DNA of 64,000 nt from positions 17,480 through 81,479 of IMG/VR virus record IMGVR_UViG_3300015371_000011. One strand, written 5' to 3'. Below, piece after piece: positions 58,150-64,000 of this stretch (its first letter is position 1; each line of letters opens with the position of its first letter). The position numbers and the translations under genes were made by a program. The notes beneath the pieces were generated by a model. The model saw only the letters and a program-made list of their open reading frames with translations. It searched no databases and had not been told where the DNA came from. This DNA is from a virus.

Positions 58150-61100
58150 TCATGCCCCAAAGAATCCTGACATGCCCATTGCGTCACGCATGCCGCCGCC
58201 CGGTGGTGGCAATGGCGCGCCGCCAAGGTAATAATACTCGGCCGCCACATAGCCTAAATCCGCCTGTGCGCCTGTGCTGAATGTAAACGTGGTAGCGGCC
58301 ACCGCGCTTGTCGTGTAGCACACGCATAAGCCTGTAGTCGGCGTGGCGTAGGTGGCGCACATGGTGGTCCACCTGGCGGTCGGTGGCGTTATAGCCGCGA
58401 GCGCACCCGGCTCCGGTATCGCCACCACCACAGCGTTGCCCGGCATTATGGACTGCGGAAAGGTAATGACTGGGTTTGGCCCCACGCTATCTACATTGAC
58501 TATCTGCCGTGGTGCCGCACCGACTTCCTGCCCTGTGATTTTCAGCATGATGGCGCATAACCCACCTGCAGCGTCGCCCGTGTAGTCAAAGACTGGATAC
58601 AATGAGGATGGTGAAGCGGGGACGTCCATATCCCACATGCACACCGAGCCGCCAAGCGCCTGCGTATTCTGTGATGCTATCTGCGTGAATGTCGCGCCTG
58701 TGCCAGTAAGGGAACCTGTTACCGTGCCTGACGCGTGCGCTATGGCTACCAGCAATGCATTGGCCGTCGGCGCAAAAGACGTCATAGAATAAACGGACGC
58801 GTTCGTTGTGATCCCAATATTGCTGGTAGCTATGGTTATTGCGACTGCCACTTAAGGTGTCTCGTAGCCGCCCACACGGACGTAAATCTGTGCTGCTGCA
58901 GATATATAAACGCGTAGTGCATTATTAGGATCGCTGACCTCAGGGAATGTAAACGCCATTAGTGCGCCGGGCTTTGAGCCACTAGATGGCGACAATTCGC
59001 CATGAAAAATTGCCGTGCCCGATCCAACAGCAGGTGCCTGCGTCGGGCCTGAATTTGAAAAGTACACAGTGACTAATGCCGCACCTGCACTCCCTGCCTG
59101 AACCGTCCAATCAGTGATGACAATTCTATTGTTGACCCCAGGACTCCAAACTATTGTTCCGCTAGAGGGTCCCACATACGCGCCCCACCGCATCTGGCGC
59201 ATCGTGCCTGGCGCGTATGGCTGATTGAGTTGCTTGCCGACACGATCAAATAGCGCATTTACGCGCTCGGCACAGTCTACGGCGGTAGGAAACGACGACG
59301 TGACGGCGTATCCACCAATTTTTACAGGATAGCCAGTATCCAGTGAGCCGTGAGATACATCGCCCTGATTGACTACCGCTGGCGAGCTGGCATTAGTCGC
59401 CCACACGCTACCGATGATTGACCATTGCCCCGCTTGCGTTGCCGCTACCGAGCCGACCCAACTGCCACCCGAAATTGCCACCGAGCCGATAATGGTCTGC
59501 GTGCCTAGTGTCTGGATAGGAAACGGATTGGCGCTGCTAATCGGCGTGAGCGAACCGACATTGCCGTCAATCAGTTTGAAATACTGAAAGTGGCCCGCTA
59601 CGCCGTGCGATTCGGTAGCAACTAGTGGCGCAATTGCGCCAGGCCCCGTTGCAGGAATTGTGATTCCACTTGCCATTATTTACCTCACGTCGCTCCCCAG
59701 TACACTACACGCCGCGCGCCTGTTGTTGTCGGTGCATCTGCTTCTATCACTGCCAATGTCGCCTTGTAGCCTGCATCGAACCAGACAAACGACCTGCCCG
59801 TACCGAAATCACAAGTCAGATCATCCACGGTATCGAAGCTCGTCTTGCCCCACCAGATATGAGCCGCACCGTCCACGGTCGCAAGCTGCGTGAAGTCTGC
59901 GGCCTCAGATAGCATATCGGCCTCGCTCAGCACCTTATCGAAAATCTTGATCGGGCCGAGAATTCCCGCGAACGTTTCATGCTGCAATCCCCCCTCTGCC
60001 CACCACGGAGAATCCCCGATGGTCAAGGCGGTGTTGGTCGGGTAGCTTTCGCCAAAACCGGCAGCGTTGACGTATTGGATTACATGGTCGTTATCCACAC
60101 TTGGCAATTCCGGGTAGAAGCGCAGCGTCTTAGTTGCATCGCCATTGCGCGTGACGCGCATGCCCTGGACGTACCAGGCGTTTGGGACAAACGTATATGG
60201 AGCACCATTGATGTTATCGTCAAAATCGCCGCCAGTCGCTGTTGCAATCTCCCAATTCCAAGCAGCTACCGTATTGGTAGGCGGATACGGGTGCATTCCC
60301 CAGTATGTGTCAGGGTTCCCCCCGTTCCACCAGAACGATACTCCCGCAGTTGACCACCAGAACTGTGCACAATAATAAGTCCCGTTGGCGGCTGCGGTTT
60401 GGGATTGGGCGTAAATCTTTCGCACTACCGTCACGCCCGCATTGCTCGGCCCCCATATCGGCAGGCCATTGTCCTCTGGATTTAAAAACGAGATGGCCGT
60501 CATCGGCGTTGCCTGGGCTGTGCCGTTATTTTTAGGGAACTGTAGTCCGTTTACAGCCATGCTTTAGCCCGCCGGGTCAATTTCGACTATCGGGTCGCCG
60601 CTAGAGTTTGTCGTTAAAGTTGCCGACCAAACTACCGTGCTGTCGTTCTCTGCGTAAACGCCCATGACCCCACCGCTCGTCGTCACCCGGTTGCGCAGTG
60701 TTCGAAGTGCATTCACAGGCGCACGTGTACCTACAGGCGAAATGCTGGACATATCCACGCCGAACATCGACGCATTGCGCATGTCCATCAGTGCCGAGCT
60801 GCCGGGCGATATATAAAAATCGAACTGCGGTTGTGGGAGTACAGTGAAGTGCATCCAGACAGGCAACGCGGCCGCCGCAGACGACACAATGAGCAACCGC
60901 CCTGCGCCGTTGGTGTCCGTGTCGTTTAGTTCAGCCGAATAGTAGCCCAGGATTCTATGCGAGCCAGCGGTTGTTTCATTCTTGGCTATGAATGCCGCGC
61001 CATTTTTGGAGAGCATGAAGGTTGATTGTGTCAGCGACAGCCCCGTAACCGCTATGCCGTCACTGCTCACATACGGCCCAACCATTACGGTGGCGGATGT

Positions 61101-63454
61101 CGATTGCCTTAGAAAATTCACCTGAGTCCTCTCCGTAGTTCCATTAGGATCGGCACAGCGTTGCCACCAGTCACGGGTGCCCCTGCAACTGGCCTAAACG
61201 CCATGACCCCGGTATTGGCCCTCGTGCCGGTATTGCCCGCCGTGAATGTCGCCGTAGTCGAAGCGTGACTGGCCAGCGTCTTGTCTTCCACCCGCGCTGG
61301 GACATAGGTTGTCCACGAGGCTCGGCTATTGTACCCGGTTCCAGCCACCGCTTGCGCCACGCCGTTGTCGTCACACGTTGCGCCGTAAATGAGCGCGTTG
61401 TCGGTGACGGGCACGATGGCATTGCTCGCCACTAGGTCTGTCGTGGTTGCCGGTGAGTCTTGCGTTCGCCAAGCTGGCGCAGCCACGTCGGGTTGCGTTG
61501 TATCAGCAGGACCTATCTCCGAGATATGAATGCCTCGATATGTTTTGTCAGTTCCCCCCGTCAGGGTCACTGTAACCGTAGGCTTGGCGGTGGACGTGTT
61601 GTTCGCTTTATAAAAAAGTGCAAAGCCCTGTGAATTGGTTGAGTCCCATAATTTCGGTCCAGCACTCCACGCGCCGTTGGTCGGGTCGGCGCAGGTCGGC
61701 GTACAGTCCACCGCGCCCCACGTTGCGATGGCAGCCAGCACGCTACCCGCCGTGAGGTTGAATGTCGTGTAGGCGACCGCAATCGTGCCCCCTGTAGTAG
61801 GTCCAGGTATAGGCTCGGCGGGAGCTTGCTGTATAAATACCGGATTAGCCATTAGTTGTAATTGACAAACTCCGTAGTCACCCCAATTGTCATGGCGTGG
61901 CTGAGAGTAAAATTGCCTCTGATACGGCGCAGGTTGTTTCCCGGCTGCTTCAGTTCTATCCCGATATTACTGATGTATGGCGGCGGTCCAGCTCGCGGCC
62001 CCGGTGGTCCACCCGTAAACCAATCACCTGCGGCAATTAGTGCTTCCCACGTATTGCCTCCGTCAAAAGAAATATCCACGTTACCGCTGATGACCCTATC
62101 CCCCATTCCATCCGCAACGATTGACGTGATGTCGAAATAGACAGTGATGTAGCCTACAGGGTTTGGCGTGACGTGGGTGACGGGGATCTCCATCGTCCCG
62201 GCCGGGTATAATGCAAGTGGTAAGATGGTTGGCACTTTTTACCTCATATCCGCTGAATGACGCCGTTCCATTGCGTGTTGATGGCCGGCGTCGTCGGCGC
62301 GCCCACCCAATCGGCATAATCCCCTACAGTAAAATTGTCTAATTTCACATCCTCAAGATTGCCCCCGGTGCTGTTCTTTATCCGAATCGAGCCGCCTCCG
62401 GCTGTGAGCGTGCTATCGGTAACCGTCAGCGGCGAAATGATCGAACCGTTGCGATACACACTGATTGTGGTGCTGTTCGCCGTAATGGCGAGCACGTCTG
62501 AAACCGACCATGGGTTATTGATGTCGGTGGATAACGTCACCGTACCGCCCGACGAGCGCACTATCAGCTCACTAGTCTGCGTGCCGTTATTCAGTTCGGC
62601 CAACGCCTGATAGAAAAAGCGTCCATTGGCCGGAATATCGGAGCGCATACCGACCCCGATATCCTCGTAAACCGCGCTTGCGAAGGCGGTGATTGTGACC
62701 TGCGCAAACTGATCGTTGCCGGGAACGAAGGCGTTGTAATATTCCTCCGACGTCGCGTTGACGCCAGAGGCTGCAACCTCGATGTTGTTGACAATCTGAC
62801 AGCCAGTCAGCCCCGCATAAATATCCCAGGCCGCTCCGAGATCGGTGTTGCTGGGACGGTTAAAGTTGTCGCTCGATGTCGTCATTAGAAAATGTACGGC
62901 CCCAGCTGAAACGGTTTGTTTCCCCACTGACCTGCAAGACTTTCTAAAATAACTCGCAGCTGATCGTTCGGCGCGGGGTTAATCGTATAGTTGAGCGAAG
63001 CGGCGGCGGCAAGAATTGCCGTCTGATACGGATCAACGGGGATTGACGACCACTGAGTATTTAATTTGGCGCTGCTATCGACTAAAAGCGTCGGCAGATA
63101 GTACCAAAGGCGCTGCATATACTGGAACATGCCGCCGACCATGCGCGCGACGTGAAGCCATGTGTCGGTAGCGTTAACCCACTGTGCGGGTATTAGTGCC
63201 GCTTCTAGCGCGTTACGCGCGTTTTGCAGATTGGCGCCGCCTATCGTTGTCGAGAGATCGAACGGAAAAACGATCACATCGGCGTTGGCGATGATGGCGG
63301 CGTCTTGAGCCGGGGTGAGATCGGCGGCAACCAGAAAAAGCATTTGCCCGCCGTAGTACATCGCCGCCTTAGCAACACCGTCGAAATACGCCGGGCGCCA
63401 GCGGTCTTCATCGCTGCCGGTGCCGAGCGATGGAGTAATATAGAGCCGGTACAT
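58150..63454 (-). CDS. array of eight beta-rich virion accessory/decoration-like proteins (58150-58851, 58852-59676, 59685-60560, 60564-61121, 61118-61852, 61852-62235, 62244-62885, 62885-63454)
   Basis: tightly coupled, Ser/Thr/Gly/Ala-rich, lysine-poor; 59685-60560 and 62244-62885 look ConA/LamG-like. Confidence 0.65.
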
Positions 63455-63459
63455 AAATG

Positions 63460-63825
63460 TTAGCTCCCCGCCTTTGCCGCCTGCGCCAATAATGGGATAA
63501 GCGTATTGAGCACGTCTACCATTTTCGCTAGTGCCGCGGATGCCGCCGCTATCGCCGACTCGGCTGTTGCACTTTTATCAACGTGAAGCTCAACCTCGGT
63601 CGGCTGGCCGTCTTTTTCTTTAACGAATACATCCATGCCCTGTTGGTTCTTCGATGAATCATACGTAACTTCTTTCGTGACAACGCTACCGTCCTTTGTC
63701 GTAGTGGTGACACGATAAACCGCAGTTGTATTTGCGCTAAACCACGACGCGCCGCAGCCAGTGGATGACAACACGATGGCGAGCAACATGGCAGCCAGCC
63801 ATAGCACGGCTTCATTTTGGCTCAA
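63460..63825 (-). CDS. predicted lipoprotein (spanin-like?)
   Basis: hydrophobic N-terminus with STGC lipobox. Confidence 0.5.
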   Translation of the reverse strand: MSQNEAVLWLAAMLLAIVLSSTGCGASWFSANTTAVYRVTTTTKDGSVVTKEVTYDSSKNQQGMDVFVKEKDGQPTEVELHVDKSATAESAIAAASAALAKMVDVLNTLIPLLAQAAKAGS

Positions 63826-64000
63826 TTTTATTCTCCTTTTTTAAGCCCGCCGCTTCGTCTTTCTGCTCTGCACGCCCAACTAAATTACCTTCAAGCAGTG
63901 CCAGCTTGCGTGTCGCCAATATCAGCTCTTCGCGCATTCCATCCGTGTTTCTAACCAATTCCTTAAAATGAAACGCCATAAAAAGCATGACTGCGCCGAT
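63812..64000 (-). CDS. 5'-truncated membrane protein (holin-like?)
   Basis: hand translation IGAVMLFMAFHFKELVRNTDGMREEL.. Confidence 0.35.
   Translation of the reverse strand: MGAVMLFMAFHFKELVRNTDGMREELILATRKLALLEGNLVGRAEQKDEAAGLKKENKIEPK

Noticed and set aside
201-63971. Most + strand ORFs in the track
   Set aside because: Antisense shadows of well-supported minus-strand genes; only 41962, 52149 and 55723 have independent support
1-64000. CRISPR array, tRNA, diversity-generating retroelement, integrase
   Set aside because: No regularly spaced repeats, cloverleaf, reverse-transcriptase motifs or recombinase motifs recognised by eye

Overview
64 kb of a tailed dsDNA phage genome (siphovirus-like: tail tube, tape measure and Dit/hub genes, no sheath gene seen), almost all on the minus strand. 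In transcription order (64 kb to 1) it contains: a membrane/lipoprotein pair and an array of about 10 Ser/Thr/Gly-rich virion accessory proteins; neck and tail genes, including three Dit-like paralogs; an early region with Arc and Cro regulators, an exonuclease and an MTase-REase-MTase cluster; a ~17 kb sugar-biosynthesis island interleaved with ordinary phage genes (RfbH/DdhC, split transketolase, three NDP-sugar SDRs, three glycosyltransferases, a methyltransferase, two B12-radical SAM enzymes); terS, intein-containing terL, a DUF935-like portal and a MuF-like polyprotein that runs off the window edge. Capsid, protease, polymerase, helicase and integrase genes are not visible here. Most notable observations: (1) an intein inside the CxxxCxxC motif of a radical SAM enzyme, with its homing-type endonuclease overprinted in the +1 frame behind its own Shine-Dalgarno; (2) an identical 20-aa peptide (AFCPTGEGGGIDNSCSPTGE, 13 of 20 codons synonymously different) in two otherwise unrelated proteins 54 kb apart, a candidate capsid-loading tag; (3) a possible branched-sugar virion-glycosylation system; (4) a triplicated Dit module; (5) two structured intergenic RNA candidates. 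All calls come from motif recognition by eye; no searches were run.
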